Translations under genes and position numbers: made by a program | From: a phage | Reading direction: 5' to 3' (one strand) | Assembly (NCBI GenBank): GCA_012646185.1 | Contig: GCA_012646185.1_4706.1 | Length of the DNA: 64,000 nucleotides | Shown here: positions 9,567 through 21,200 of the stretch, in pieces | Layout: each line of letters opens with the position of its first letter | Numbering within the stretch: position 1 is the stretch's first letter | The notes under the pieces: generated by a model | Databases searched by the model: none | What the model was told of the DNA's origin: nothing | The model's input: the letters and a program-made list of their open reading frames with translations, nothing else

Positions 9567-11177
9567 ATGGACCCAAAACAGATAGCCATTAAGATTATTA
9601 CGTTACTGTTTCGTAATGCACAATTGAACCATCCCGATCCCAGTACGATCGAACATGTTAAATCCGTCTTAGATAAAGTCGAACCCCCGAAAAACCATCT
9701 CGCTACAGACGTAGATAGAGAGGTTTTCAACAACCTGATGAATACCATTCATTGGATGTTGGAACAACCATTATCGGAACCTTTCGATAAACAACAGTTG
9801 TTACAAAGGATACGTTTGGATTGCCTTGAACAAAGCAATCTTTACGAGATTCTTGCCGACGGACTGTACGATATCGAAGACGACGCTCATATCAGTAAGG
9901 TCTGTTCGCTCTATTACAATGAATTACGTAATCTGATTACCCGGCGTCGTGTTTTCGAAACCTTTAAAAACACGTACATGGATATCAGTAACGGGCGACT
10001 TGGGGATAAAGAATTTTTCGATGCGATGGCGAATCTGAAATTATCGCTAGACAGTATCGAAATGGATACCGAAAATCCCGAAGAGATGTCGTGTATGATT
10101 GACGGCTTTATCGCTGACAGCGAAGACGATATCGAGAAAGTTGAACGTATGTTCGTCAAAGCGATGGAACGTAACAGTCCTGAAGGTGGATTTGTAACCG
10201 GCTGGCAAGGCTTTAATAAAATGTTGGGGTCGGTCGGCGTTTTACGTCGCGGTACCTTAGGACTGATTGGTGCAATGCAGCACCGGAACAAGTCAGGCGT
10301 GTTGTTAAAACTGTTCACACATCTGGCATTGTACAACAAACCCCATTTCTTTTTCCCAGAGCGAGCAAAGAAAGCATTACTGATTCATTTGTCGACAGAA
10401 AACGAAGTGGAAGAAAACACGCTTCAGATATACAAGAACATGCGAGAACAGGAAACGGGCGAATATGTCGATATTCGTAAGATTGACCCTCGCGAGGCAT
10501 CACGTTATGTGTTGAAGGTGTTCAACGATGCGGGTTTCTCTGTTTGTATGCGTCGTGTTGATGGGATGAGTTATAAACAACTCGCTAATCTCATCGACCA
10601 TTTCGAACGCATGGGTTATGAAGTCATGGCGTTGTTCATTGACTATCTGAAAATGTTCTCATCGGAAGGGTTGGATAGAAATGGACCGACCGGCGCATGG
10701 CTCCAAGAACTCTTCAACAAAGTCCGTAACCTCTGCAGCGTTAAACGTATTTTAGGTATGACGGTACACCAGCTGTCATCCGATGCGAAGATGCGTGCGC
10801 GTGATGGTAACGATGAAGAGTTTGTTGACCAGGTCGCAGGTTTAAGTTACTGGGATGGTTGTAAAGGGATCGACCGTGAGATTGACCTTGAGGTGATTGT
10901 TGATATCGTTAAGGAGCCGGGCAAACGTCAAAGTTGGCAGGTCTTTGCGTTAGGGAAAGACCGTCAACCGGATAACGGTTCAACGAAACCTGAAGACAAA
11001 CATTTCGCGATGCCATTCCAAACCATCGGGATGCTTCCTGATGATTACGGTAAGAAAGCAGTATACTGCCGCAAGGTTGGCGGACAACCTGTCTCCGAGG
11101 GAGGTAAAGGTCCGTGGAACAAGTTCGATGAAAACGCAGCACCGAGTAATGAATTACAATTTGATTTAGAATTTTAA
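9567..11177 (+). CDS. hypothetical protein (about 536 aa)
   Basis: Long plus-strand ORF; start placed at ATG 9567 (AAGGA 8 nt upstream) rather than the GTG at 9483, which would overlap the divergent gene; no clear Walker or catalytic motif. Confidence 0.7.
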   Translation: MDPKQIAIKIITLLFRNAQLNHPDPSTIEHVKSVLDKVEPPKNHLATDVDREVFNNLMNTIHWMLEQPLSEPFDKQQLLQRIRLDCLEQSNLYEILADGLYDIEDDAHISKVCSLYYNELRNLITRRRVFETFKNTYMDISNGRLGDKEFFDAMANLKLSLDSIEMDTENPEEMSCMIDGFIADSEDDIEKVERMFVKAMERNSPEGGFVTGWQGFNKMLGSVGVLRRGTLGLIGAMQHRNKSGVLLKLFTHLALYNKPHFFFPERAKKALLIHLSTENEVEENTLQIYKNMREQETGEYVDIRKIDPREASRYVLKVFNDAGFSVCMRRVDGMSYKQLANLIDHFERMGYEVMALFIDYLKMFSSEGLDRNGPTGAWLQELFNKVRNLCSVKRILGMTVHQLSSDAKMRARDGNDEEFVDQVAGLSYWDGCKGIDREIDLEVIVDIVKEPGKRQSWQVFALGKDRQPDNGSTKPEDKHFAMPFQTIGMLPDDYGKKAVYCRKVGGQPVSEGGKGPWNKFDENAAPSNELQFDLEF

Positions 11178-11203
11178 ACGCAAAAAAAAAAGATTGTGCG
11201 GTT

Positions 11204-11235
11204 CCCTCCTCCAACCCGTAAGGGAAGGAGGAGGG
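11204..11235. terminator. bidirectional hairpin terminator between convergent genes
   Basis: CCCTCCTCC-AA-CCC-GTAA-GGG-AA-GGAGGAGGG; preceded on the plus strand by an A10 run (T10 on the minus strand), the classic intrinsic terminator form for the minus-strand gene. Confidence 0.7.
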
Positions 11236-11251
11236 GTTATGACCGCTTTGA

Positions 11252-11578
11252 TTAACTTATTGTCATGAATTCATTAGGTGAAAATTTCCAGCCGTTCTCA
11301 GTGAGAAGCGTGTTGAGTTTCGCTGCAACGATAAGCCATGCATGCATGGCTGTTACATCGTATTGGCGATTCACTCGACGTTGGTTTTCGATATTGATTT
11401 GCTCCTGTTCAGTGATGTTTGGATAAAGTGCGATAGCGCTAGGTTTACCCAGCGCGCTAGTCATCACCGCCGTACATTCACTGATAATGTTGTTTAAGTG
11501 GTAGTTATACACCGTTCCACGCATGACGCGATGACGGCATTCGATAATAGCGTCGTAAATGATTTCTCGAGTAATCAT
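11252..11578 (-). CDS. hypothetical protein (108 aa)
   Basis: ORF tightly following 11585..11986; no obvious SD, so start is uncertain. Confidence 0.55.
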   Translation of the reverse strand: MITREIIYDAIIECRHRVMRGTVYNYHLNNIISECTAVMTSALGKPSAIALYPNITEQEQINIENQRRVNRQYDVTAMHAWLIVAAKLNTLLTENGWKFSPNEFMTIS

Positions 11579-11584
11579 GATAAT

Positions 11585-11986
11585 TTAAAACATACGGTCG
11601 TTTTTAGCACGGGCGTCCATTACCAGATCGTAGATGCCTGCGGTTCGTAAGCACTCTTCGTAGTAACGATGTGTGCCTTCCTCAGCCATCCACGATAACC
11701 CACGGCTATCCGCAACAATAACCAGTTTGTTATTGTTGAACGCACACACCACACGGTAGGTCGCGTTGTTATTCGGATCGCGAGTGATAAGTTCGTAAAC
11801 GCCGTTAACAGGTTTACTGAATTCACCGTTTAACGGAACGAGTTCGGTAGTACCTTCAGCAAACGTTACGTTGATCGGTGATGGGTCTTTAGCGATAACA
11901 GTATATTCCACATTGTGTTCTTTACTGGTCATAATACCGAAGTAAGAACTCACAGGGGAACGTGGTACACTAAGAATATTAAACAT
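11585..11986 (-). CDS. hypothetical protein (133 aa)
   Basis: ORF with AAGAGGA 8 nt upstream of ATG. Confidence 0.65.
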   Translation of the reverse strand: MFNILSVPRSPVSSYFGIMTSKEHNVEYTVIAKDPSPINVTFAEGTTELVPLNGEFSKPVNGVYELITRDPNNNATYRVVCAFNNNKLVIVADSRGLSWMAEEGTHRYYEECLRTAGIYDLVMDARAKNDRMF

Positions 11987-12056
11987 AGATGTTGTCCTCT
12001 TAATTGGATTTAGATTGTTGGGTGTGTTATTGGGAAATGAAAACGTTGTTTCGGTT

Positions 12057-12626
12057 TTAGACGATGAGTGACCAGGTGGTAAGCACCCCGCTTGCGAATT
12101 CGAGCTTAAGACGTTTACCGATAAGTTGTTGTTGGATCATCTTCTCGGTGATACGTCGATCATGCTGAACCGCTTTATCAAACGCTTCTTTCGCTTCAGC
12201 TTGGTAGAAGTTCGTTTCTTCGTTTTCGTCGATCTCTTCGAGAGCATCGTCGTCGATGTCAGCAAGTTTCACTCGACCGTTTTCATCAGGTTGTTCTGCA
12301 GGTTCATTGTCATACGGCGTGTCTTTTGTTGGTGCGACACGATGTTGCAACTCGACCTGCGTTAACATGATCTCCATCTCACCATCGATAGGAATGATTT
12401 CATCGGCGCTGCCGTTTTCGGTCAGCTCTCGACTTTCCAGTAATGTCGTCGTAACAGAGAACACCTCTTCAACAGGAACCTCATCATCGTCGATGGTGTT
12501 AACCGTATTGCTGGTAACTTCGGCAACAACCATCAAATCAAATGCGTGAGGGTCACCTGGCATTTTGATTCCTGGAAGTTTGTTGAGGTACCAAGGATCA
12601 AGAATCATGATTTCTGGATTAAACAT
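12057..12626 (-). CDS. acidic hypothetical protein (189 aa)
   Basis: ORF with AAAGGTAA upstream; D/E-rich composition. Confidence 0.7.
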   Translation of the reverse strand: MFNPEIMILDPWYLNKLPGIKMPGDPHAFDLMVVAEVTSNTVNTIDDDEVPVEEVFSVTTTLLESRELTENGSADEIIPIDGEMEIMLTQVELQHRVAPTKDTPYDNEPAEQPDENGRVKLADIDDDALEEIDENEETNFYQAEAKEAFDKAVQHDRRITEKMIQQQLIGKRLKLEFASGVLTTWSLIV

Positions 12627-12828
12627 CGTATTTTACCTTTCTATGTTAGGTGGATTGCGGATAGAAGAATCAATGCATAGATTGATAGTTCTTTGTTAGA
12701 AATTATTGCCGAACCGGTTATGGTTATAACGCGTGTTTTCGTATTCTGACGGGTCGCGTATTAATAAGGCCATGACTGTATCCTCGATTATTAAGAGAAA
12801 TTTACAACGATAACAGTAACCGCTGTTA

Positions 12829-12888
12829 TCACCTAGGTAATGTAGTCGCGAAATAAACTGGAGTAATGCGAAATAAGACAGCATAGAA
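12829..12888 (-). promoter_or_regulatory. conserved intergenic element, copy A (promoter or 5' leader candidate)
   Basis: Nucleotide-level match to copies B and C; immediately adjacent to hairpin 12889..12920; the ORF-track 12696..13097 crosses it but its frame is not conserved between copies. Confidence 0.45.
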
Positions 12889-12920
12889 CCCTCTCCCAAC
12901 CCATCAGGGAAGGGAGAGGG
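12889..12920. terminator. GC-rich two-tier hairpin 4 nt after stop of 12925..14292
   Basis: CCCTCTCCC-AA-CCC-ATCA-GGG-AA-GGGAGAGGG. Confidence 0.6.
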
Positions 12921-12924
12921 AATA

Positions 12925-14292
12925 TTAAACGGTTGGGCGAACGGTGTTGTCTTTTTCTGGTGCAAGCCATAACGTGACCGTACCATGGCATGTCCACTGT
13001 GGTTCACGTACAGAAGAACCTGCCATCGTAACAGCACAATCGGTACGCATGATAACCCCGTATGCTTCGCAGAGATTGTTATCCTGCATCCACACAACTT
13101 TAGCAGGCATGCCAGGATACAACAAATCCATGTTTGCGTATTCCCACACCAACTGCATTGTTCTGCCGCGTAATCCAGCAGTATTACTTAATTCACGCCA
13201 TCGGTTATCGGTTACGCGCCCCATCCCTTTCGCCACCTTCACGTTATCGCTACGTTCTTCAGTTACGTACTCGCTAACGTTTACGGTACGACTGATTATC
13301 GTATCACCCCCTTTTGATAATGTCATTCCCTGACTCATCTGACTTGCCGAAACAAAACGCCCGCCCGCATTACCTAACAACGAAGCCGCGTTATTGATGT
13401 CGCTTACCGACGCCCCTCTCGTACATGCAATTTCCACGTATTTGTCACGATTGATCCAGGTCTTGTCCATGCCCGGAAACATATCGGCAGGATAGTTGTA
13501 AAAGATAGCCGTACGGCGGCCATCAGAGAAACGGGTTTCGTCATAGAGAGGATAAATATACAGATACGGGGATTGATAATAACAACCGACATCCGCTGAA
13601 TAAATACCGACCTGGTTCTGGATTTTGTCTACGAGATCCATTGCGTTGGTACCGTGTGGAAGAATAAGCAACTTGAACAGGTTGTCGTTATTCGGTGCAA
13701 CAATATCCACACCCTGCATTTTGAACCCGGTATCGGCTTCAACCGCAGAAAGTATCTTGCTGAATTCGAGCCGTAACACATCCAGCACTTTCGACCCGGT
13801 ATAGTTTTCACCGGTTTCTGATTGCATGAAGCTTTCAAGAACAGGATCGAACAGTTGAAATTGAAGATCGACCATTTGTTCGTAGTCTTTCTTCGAAGAA
13901 TCGGTTGCGGTACGTTCGTCGTTAGCAGACATACGACTGTCTACGGTTGTTAAACAAACCGCCCGGTAGACGTAAGCTTGCGCAGCATCGTCTACGGTTT
14001 GGCGTTGTCCGCGCATCAGGCTGTACGCCTGCACGATGATGCGCATTTTAAGTTGTTGTTGGTATGGTAGAATGTATTTTCCGTAACTGCCCGGTGGGAA
14101 CTTTACAGAAATATAAAGTTCATCCCCTGCGTTACGTTCATAGTCTCGATACGTGTGGACTTGAGTCACTAAAGGAACAGACACCGTCATTGACGGCGTG
14201 ATTAATTCCGCGGTGACTTTATACGCAACAGCAACTGCTTCCTGCGCAAATGTACCGATATACCGTCCTAACGGCGTCTGTTTGTAATCCAT
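12925..14292 (-). CDS. hypothetical protein (455 aa), probably structural
   Basis: Last gene of a translationally coupled minus-strand chain (16200..17765, 14897..16213, 14295..14900, 12925..14292). Confidence 0.75.
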   Translation of the reverse strand: MDYKQTPLGRYIGTFAQEAVAVAYKVTAELITPSMTVSVPLVTQVHTYRDYERNAGDELYISVKFPPGSYGKYILPYQQQLKMRIIVQAYSLMRGQRQTVDDAAQAYVYRAVCLTTVDSRMSANDERTATDSSKKDYEQMVDLQFQLFDPVLESFMQSETGENYTGSKVLDVLRLEFSKILSAVEADTGFKMQGVDIVAPNNDNLFKLLILPHGTNAMDLVDKIQNQVGIYSADVGCYYQSPYLYIYPLYDETRFSDGRRTAIFYNYPADMFPGMDKTWINRDKYVEIACTRGASVSDINNAASLLGNAGGRFVSASQMSQGMTLSKGGDTIISRTVNVSEYVTEERSDNVKVAKGMGRVTDNRWRELSNTAGLRGRTMQLVWEYANMDLLYPGMPAKVVWMQDNNLCEAYGVIMRTDCAVTMAGSSVREPQWTCHGTVTLWLAPEKDNTVRPTV

Positions 14293-14294
14293 GT

Positions 14295-14900
14295 TTAACG
14301 ACCCCGTTGCTGTTGTTGAATGATGAATTCTTCGATCTTCGTACCACGGAATTCGCTGTGACGAACCGCTTGCAGTTGCTCTTCAACGGTTGGGCCTGCG
14401 TTGAGACCGCCACGACGTGCGCGGTTGATGCCGATTTTACGACGCTGACCGATTTCACGTAAACGTGAAGATAATCCGCTCATTTCGGTTGGGTCTTTAA
14501 TACGACCGCGTGCAACGTTCCACAGACCACCCATGAACTCTTCGAGGATACGGCTGGCTTCGAGAGACGGTACGCGTGCGTTGGGATCGTTTTCGAGATT
14601 GTATTTAACGTATTCCGTGTGTTCCAGAAGAAGCATGAACATCTTCATGGCGTTCACGTCAGGATTTGCAATACGCATAGGGACACCACGAGAATGTTTT
14701 TCAGCAGCCTGCGGTACAGTGAGCTGTGCGGGCACCTCTTCGTTCATGGCCATATCGTCGATTTCTGCAACCCCTGAAGAGTAGACACCGCTGACTTCGT
14801 TGGTGTAGTTATCCACCATGAATTTACGGGGAATCCAGAATTCGAATTTACGTTCAAATAGACGTTTGGTTGGGGTATCTTTAACGTGTTGTAGACTCAT
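14295..14900 (-). CDS. hypothetical protein (201 aa)
   Basis: ORF; ATGA start/stop overlap with upstream gene. Confidence 0.7.
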   Translation of the reverse strand: MSLQHVKDTPTKRLFERKFEFWIPRKFMVDNYTNEVSGVYSSGVAEIDDMAMNEEVPAQLTVPQAAEKHSRGVPMRIANPDVNAMKMFMLLLEHTEYVKYNLENDPNARVPSLEASRILEEFMGGLWNVARGRIKDPTEMSGLSSRLREIGQRRKIGINRARRGGLNAGPTVEEQLQAVRHSEFRGTKIEEFIIQQQQRGR

Positions 14901-16213
14901 GGTTCAATAGCTCCTGCTCGTAACAGCATAATAACGAACGGTGTGAAATAATAACGATCTAGCGGAGAAAGCAACGGTATTGCGTCAACCATCTGTTTCA
15001 GTGCCGGATGGCTGATCGCTTTCTCATCGACCATATCACGTACCATACTCTCAATAATCGTCATTGGGGCTTGATTGCGGTAGAAAGCCTCTGTGAAAAC
15101 ATAGTACGGATCGTCCGCTACCGATGGAAACAACGGAACGCCGTCATACTCCATCGATGTAAGGTTGGTCACCAACGGATTTGTCGGTGGTGTGTTTTCA
15201 GGTACAGCCAACTCTTTACCTACGTCTTCACCGAGCGACGTGGTCGCAGGCCACATACAGAACCGCGCACCACTAAAACGAATCCCACCTGCAGCCGGGT
15301 ACTGATAGAAACGCTTTGTTGACAACAGTGTGAATTTCACCGTCAACCGTGCTTCGTCTTCCCGACGTCCGTCCATGACCCATTCAAAGACAGAAATCGC
15401 GTTCGCTTCCTGGCTGTCGTCTACGTTAAGGCGTCCGAAGTTCCATGAAGGTTTTCCTTCAAGCGACGACCATAATTTCGTAAACGCGTTAACGCACCAG
15501 GGATCGTAGGTTGCAGCATCTTGACCAGGAACAAGCAATGTGTTTAATTCACGGCTGTAGAATTCATGGTAGTACGCGTGACAAAGTCCCAGTGCACGAC
15601 GGAGATAATCGTACTTACGATTGTATTTCTCCGTTGCCATTACGGGATGTTTTCCGTGCTTTAACTGGTCTTGGTCGTACAGCGTATCCTCAACGATTTT
15701 CGCTTCCAGTTCGATAAGCTGTTTTTCGTCAAGAATACGTTGGAAGGAAATATCACATTCGTAAGCCGGTGCTAAGCTGATGTTCTTCGGCGTGATTCGG
15801 GTGATCGTGTACACCGCGATACGATGATCGAGACCGGAGATTAACAGCATGTTACCTAAAAGAGGAACCGATACCGCCGGAAGTATACACGTACCCTCGG
15901 ATTGAAAACGTGCGGTCCCGTTGTCGTACGACGGCGTCAATGACGACATTAACTTGATAGGGTAATGTCTGATGCGACGGTACTGCTGCTCGGCAATATC
16001 ACGGTTAGCTTGAAAACTGCTTTGTTCATCATCACGACCGAGAATCTGTTCGTAATAATCACATTCTACGGAATAACCGGATGCGTAATTCACTAACCCG
16101 ATTTGACTATTGTATTGCTCATCCACCACTGCAGAACGATAAACATCGTCGCGAGCCTTCGCGGGTTGTTGGGGGTTGATGATGGGTTTCGCGGGCTTCT
16201 TAGCGAGCGCCAT
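14897..16213 (-). CDS. hypothetical protein (438 aa)
   Basis: ORF overlapping the stop of 16200..17765 by 14 nt. Confidence 0.75.
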   Translation of the reverse strand: MALAKKPAKPIINPQQPAKARDDVYRSAVVDEQYNSQIGLVNYASGYSVECDYYEQILGRDDEQSSFQANRDIAEQQYRRIRHYPIKLMSSLTPSYDNGTARFQSEGTCILPAVSVPLLGNMLLISGLDHRIAVYTITRITPKNISLAPAYECDISFQRILDEKQLIELEAKIVEDTLYDQDQLKHGKHPVMATEKYNRKYDYLRRALGLCHAYYHEFYSRELNTLLVPGQDAATYDPWCVNAFTKLWSSLEGKPSWNFGRLNVDDSQEANAISVFEWVMDGRREDEARLTVKFTLLSTKRFYQYPAAGGIRFSGARFCMWPATTSLGEDVGKELAVPENTPPTNPLVTNLTSMEYDGVPLFPSVADDPYYVFTEAFYRNQAPMTIIESMVRDMVDEKAISHPALKQMVDAIPLLSPLDRYYFTPFVIMLLRAGAIEP

Positions 16214-17765
16214 AGCGTTTCACTCCTACGATGGTACCGACAAGAATTCTCGGTACGAATAAACTACGATGTTTGAACCATGAAGCGGTTGTTGGGATAC
16301 GTTTGATGGCTTCGATAAGCCCGATTAGCGTATAGCATCCCCGACTGTTCTTCCTAGGCCAGTACTTTTTATCTAGACCTAATACTGCAAACAGTTCATC
16401 CACCAGATTGGGATAACAACACAACGCTTCAAGTGTTTCAACCTGTAACTGACTTAAATCTAACAGTATCGCTAGACGAACGTGGTAATCACTCCGTAAG
16501 TCTAACGGATCTTTCGCTTCAAGATCACCAACGTCGGTTAATGTCCACGCGTCTCTTGCGTAGCGGTATTTGCCCTTCCAAACCTCAAGGAAAAAAGGAG
16601 ATTGGTAGTGGCATTTTGACCATTCTGGGTACTCACGGAACCACCGAACAAGATCGGGATGGAATTCACCTTCTTCGGCTAACGAGTCCAACGTCACCAA
16701 TAGGTTAGGTTGTTCAGGATCGATGGCAAGCAGCGCGGTGAAAAGCGTGCTTGATGGAAGTTCGGTTTCCACGCTCGATGGCGGTAGCCATTCATCCAAA
16801 TCAGGATACCGATACGCTTGAATCGATGCGCCCTGTTCAGGCAAGAACGAATCACGAAGAATGTCCTGATACTGCACCACCATACCACCACGACGCGCAC
16901 GGGATTTATCACGCACCGAAAGGCTCGGTTTGTAAAGGTACTCTTCGGGGAGTATCTGTTGGTGTACTTGAACCGGATACCGTGCTACGATGTGTGTTGG
17001 CGTGTCGTACGTGTAACGGTAAGAGAAGGTTGCGTTGTACGAAGAACTGTTCTCATTCTTCTCGGGTTTCGGAGCGTCGGTGAAATCAAATTGACCAGAG
17101 ATCTCTTCTTGCATTTCCCTGATAACCAATTTAACGCTCTTACCGTCACCGGCAACTGTCGTCATGGTGGTTGCACGGTTGTCGAACCCATCCCTAAGGT
17201 ATTCGCTGAACTTATCCCCGTAACCCGCTATTGCTTCTCGGTGTGTATGAATAACTTTTAACAACATGAGAAACTGTGTTGGGATCGCATAGCTGTATTC
17301 GGCGCTAAGAAAGGCGGCAACATGCTGACTTGTGAGCAACCGTTTCATGTCGTACCACCAACGTTCGGCAGTGACCTGATCTTCGAACCGTTTGGTGATC
17401 TGCATGGTTGCAACCATCGTACTGTAAACAGGTACCAGCGATACACCAAGGTTACGGTCTTCAAATACGGGAAGACTGTTTCGTTTGTAAACAGTATCGT
17501 ACATAGAGGCCTGTTCTTCAGGGACAATGTTAAGCTCAATTTGGATAAACCCGTCAGCAGGCCCCTTTACATCCTGATCAACAACTTGCGGCGGTTGCTC
17601 GTTCGCAGCACTCATTTTAGCGTGAAGCGCTTCCCCTCGAAAAAGAATGTTCTCCCGACTATAATCCCACCCGCAAAGCTCGCTGATCTGCCGTAACACC
17701 GCGATTGCAACCGGACGTGTTACCGTCGCGTATACGTCATTGATTTTTCGATCAAGTTTAGGCAT
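16200..17765 (-). CDS. hypothetical protein (about 521 aa)
   Basis: Start moved to ATG 17763-17765 (MPKLDRK), which overlaps the upstream stop by 8 nt; ORF-track start 17792 lies inside the upstream gene. Confidence 0.7.
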   Translation of the reverse strand: MPKLDRKINDVYATVTRPVAIAVLRQISELCGWDYSRENILFRGEALHAKMSAANEQPPQVVDQDVKGPADGFIQIELNIVPEEQASMYDTVYKRNSLPVFEDRNLGVSLVPVYSTMVATMQITKRFEDQVTAERWWYDMKRLLTSQHVAAFLSAEYSYAIPTQFLMLLKVIHTHREAIAGYGDKFSEYLRDGFDNRATTMTTVAGDGKSVKLVIREMQEEISGQFDFTDAPKPEKNENSSSYNATFSYRYTYDTPTHIVARYPVQVHQQILPEEYLYKPSLSVRDKSRARRGGMVVQYQDILRDSFLPEQGASIQAYRYPDLDEWLPPSSVETELPSSTLFTALLAIDPEQPNLLVTLDSLAEEGEFHPDLVRWFREYPEWSKCHYQSPFFLEVWKGKYRYARDAWTLTDVGDLEAKDPLDLRSDYHVRLAILLDLSQLQVETLEALCCYPNLVDELFAVLGLDKKYWPRKNSRGCYTLIGLIEAIKRIPTTASWFKHRSLFVPRILVGTIVGVKRYGAR

Positions 17766-18141
17766 CGATGTCGTCCTCGCTAATTTCCTCACCTCCTTGT
17801 TGTCGATATCCGGTATAATGAATCAGACTGCTCTGTAGAAGCTCTTTAACGAGCCCTAGACGCGTTTTATCTGTTTCATTGGACGTTTCCATTAATGTTT
17901 CTATTTCGTTGTTTAAAACAGCGTATAGCGCTTCTAACGGCAATCCTTGGATGATTGGTTTGATGGTACCTTCCGGTAGTGCCGCAACAGGAATCTGCAC
18001 GACGGTTTCATGTGAGGTATGTGGGTTAATACGGCAAATATACATACCGGGTACTGAATGTCGCGGGCACGCCGCTACCAAGCATGTCTGTTGCTGCGCA
18101 CCGTTAAGTGCGAGTGAGAGAAATTTTGCTTCACGTGTCAT
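17758..18141 (-). CDS. hypothetical protein (127 aa)
   Basis: ORF directly after hairpin 18194..18213. Confidence 0.6.
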   Translation of the reverse strand: MTREAKFLSLALNGAQQQTCLVAACPRHSVPGMYICRINPHTSHETVVQIPVAALPEGTIKPIIQGLPLEALYAVLNNEIETLMETSNETDKTRLGLVKELLQSSLIHYTGYRQQGGEEISEDDIDA

Positions 18142-18193
18142 CGCAGATTCCTGTTTGAAAGATAAGATATCACATGATGGTCGACAGCATAAA

Positions 18194-18213
18194 GCCCACC
18201 CCGAAGGGCGGGC
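18194..18213. terminator. hairpin after 18230..21616
   Basis: GCCCACCC...GGGCGGGC stem with one mismatch; followed on the minus strand by TTTATGCTGT as at other hairpins. Confidence 0.5.
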
Positions 18214-18229
18214 TGTTTATGCGTACGGA

Positions 18230-21200
18230 TTACTTGTAGGCACCGCAATGGGCTTTGATGAGGAAAAGCACCGCTTGCATCGGTTTATTGAACTGTTGCC
18301 ATAACGTCAATGCCGGATGGAACAACCAATCTTCCAGACCAAGAACGATACCGTAGTTAACGACATTATTAACATCGTTCTCAACGTTGAGTTCGCTATC
18401 CAGGAATTTATCGATTGAACGCAGGGTCTGCATGGCGTTGTCAGCAATAAGCCAAGCTTCATGTGCTTCACGAGCCGCACGCAGCACTGCCTCCAGTTCG
18501 CTGATAGTAGCTACCGGTAATTCCTCACTGGTGAGGTCGTCAGAAACCGTAAACTGGCGATTGATACCGGTGTAGATCCACTGCATCAGTTTCGCTGCTT
18601 CCTCGTTCGGGTTGTTACGCGTTGTCGCATAAGTCGCGCTCACCTTCACGATATGCGTTTCACCAAGATACGCTTTGGAACCAACACCTTTACGATCGCT
18701 GTCTTTCCACGGTTGTACGGTAGCGACCATGAGCTTATCCCATTTCTGAATAGGAATACGCTTCAGACCAACAACCGATCCAGCGGATGTTTCGGACTGG
18801 TTGCTCTTCCGCACGTCGCTGAGCTCACGATCGATAGCAACGATTAATTCACGCGTCATGTTACCAAGCATTTTGATTTCACCCAACGCAGCGATGAGCT
18901 TCTTCACGTCAGTAACAGGTTCACCACCGATGGTAAGATGACGGATGAAACGTTTCAGAATAATCCGTTCTGCTGCTGGGTTACCACGACGCGCTTTAGC
19001 CAACGCTTGCTGTGTTTCGGCGAACAGCTTATCCCATGGAGCCGTAGCGGCGGTATAGTAACGATGGTTGGTTTCGATCCAGTTACCGATACGGTTGACC
19101 GCGCTCTTAACGGTATCCATGAATCCTTCCATCGCAATTTCGGTAGCTTCGACGTTACCCTGGAAGTTATCAGGACCGATTTCGCGTGCCGCTACCAGAA
19201 TACCTTCCACCGCACTCACCGCATGACGACCGATAGCCAGATTTCGCTGTGCTTCTTCAGCACGCTCAACGAATTCCACTACCGCAGGATCGTCAACGAT
19301 TTCCGCCTCGGCAACAGCACGCGTACCCGCATCACCTTCCAGCGTTTCGATAGTGACAACCGGATCGTTTTCACCGGCAACATCCTGATACTCTTCCTGT
19401 TTGAGATCGCCGTTATCAGCCGCTGCGACAGCGGTGAGTATACGGACGGTAACATCACCGAGTTCTTTTGCAGCGAATCCGTAAACGGTGCATGCTGTTT
19501 TTGCAAAGTTCATTAGAATGCGTGTACGTTTAACGATGTAACCAACGCCGTAGTCACTACCGCTATTATCGATGTCACGGATTAACTGCTCAGCCGTTTC
19601 TTGAAGGATAGATACTGACTTCAAGAGATCGTCTTCAAACAGTTTCTTCGACACCTCAACCAACATATCAGCATTGATGTTGGGTGGGGTTTTGTCGCCC
19701 TGTTGTTTCATCTCGCTTAATTCATCGCGGAACTTACTGATTCCATCCAAAGCGGCACTGGCGGTATGTCCGAACGCGGCAACTCCTGGCATTGTTGTTG
19801 CTGACAACATATCCGAATCGGCGTTTGGACTTTCGCCTTCTTTAAGATCCTTCAGCTGGTCGAAGAACTTGCGAGATGCTTCAGCGATACGTTTGCTGTC
19901 TTTCACCGCGTTTACGATTTTATCGACGGATTTAGCGTCGTTTGCAAGCAGCGTATCGAGTTTGTTCCATTCGACACCGACTTTCGTCGCATCCTTAGTA
20001 TCGCTTGGCGGAGGAAGCAGTTTTGTCACCGGAGTCGTGCGTTGTTCTTTGGTCAGCTTGTTGGCCTTCTCTTCGATTTTTTTCTTGTTAACACCAAAGA
20101 GATTTTTCAAACGCGCCACGAGGGCTTTTAAGAACTTCGCGACCGCTTCGTAAACCGATTTCAGAATCTGTTTAAAGCGACCCGGCTGCTTTTCCCCGTC
20201 TTCCAGATTGAGATCGCTGTTCAGTGCGACATCAAGCTGTTTGTACGATTCCATGATGTATTCGTCTTTGATTTCAGGACGAATCTCGAAGCTTTCCATC
20301 GGACCTTCAGCCGGACGGAATTCCATTTTCAGTTCGCCTTGCAGGGTAGGGTCGACAATAGCGATAGCTTCACCCTGACCATCAGCGTTAAAGCGTTCAG
20401 CGTAACGAGTACGGCGAACAATAACGCTCTTATCCCCATCAAGACGACGCACCACCATGGTGCCAGGAATGTACGGTTGTTCTGTTTCAATGACGGTTAC
20501 ATCTGTTTCACCCTCACCGAGAATAACAGATGCACGCTGTTCGACAACAGGAACATCTAATACACCACGGGCTTCCAGCTCTTGATGGATTTCGAACGAC
20601 TCTTGTTTCAGATCTTCATCTTCTTCGTTTTCGTCGTCTTCATCATCGTCACCTTTGGTGTTTTCATCATCCTTGGTGGTTGTGTCGTCGGTGGCACCAG
20701 CGTCAGCGTCGGTGTTAGCAGGTTCTTCGGACGCAGGTTCGGTGGTGTTGTCCTCCGTGGACGACCCGTCAGTGTTATCGACATCAACATCACCTTGCAG
20801 TTCTGTTTCCTGAGCAACTGCTTCGGCTTTCTGCTCGCCGGTATTACCATCATTAGCGTCGACAACAGGTTGTTCGTCAGCGACGGTATCTTCAACCTTT
20901 TCTACTTTCTCCACGACACGTTTAATCACGGTGACTTTGATGGGTTCTTCCGTTGTTTTGGTTTCTGACGTCACCTCGGCTGCCGCAGCCGCTGTTTCAG
21001 CAACAGGTTCTGCTTTTTCCGGTTCGACGACATTACCTTTAACACCTTCGGTGGTTTCTGCAGGTTGCGCTGCCTGTTCGATTTGCGCCGGATTGGTTGG
21101 ATCGATGGCGTTAGCCGCATCCTGAATCTTGTTCTTCAGGTTGTCGCGGTCAGCGTTAACGGTCGGGTCGTTGGTCACTTTCGGTGCCGGTGTTTCGGTC

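Noticed and set aside
12696-13097. ORF-track ORFs crossing hairpins and the conserved intergenic element (12696..13097, 51430..51627, 6234..6479)
   Set aside because: They overlap the upstream gene or run through terminator hairpins, and the frame is not preserved between copies of the element
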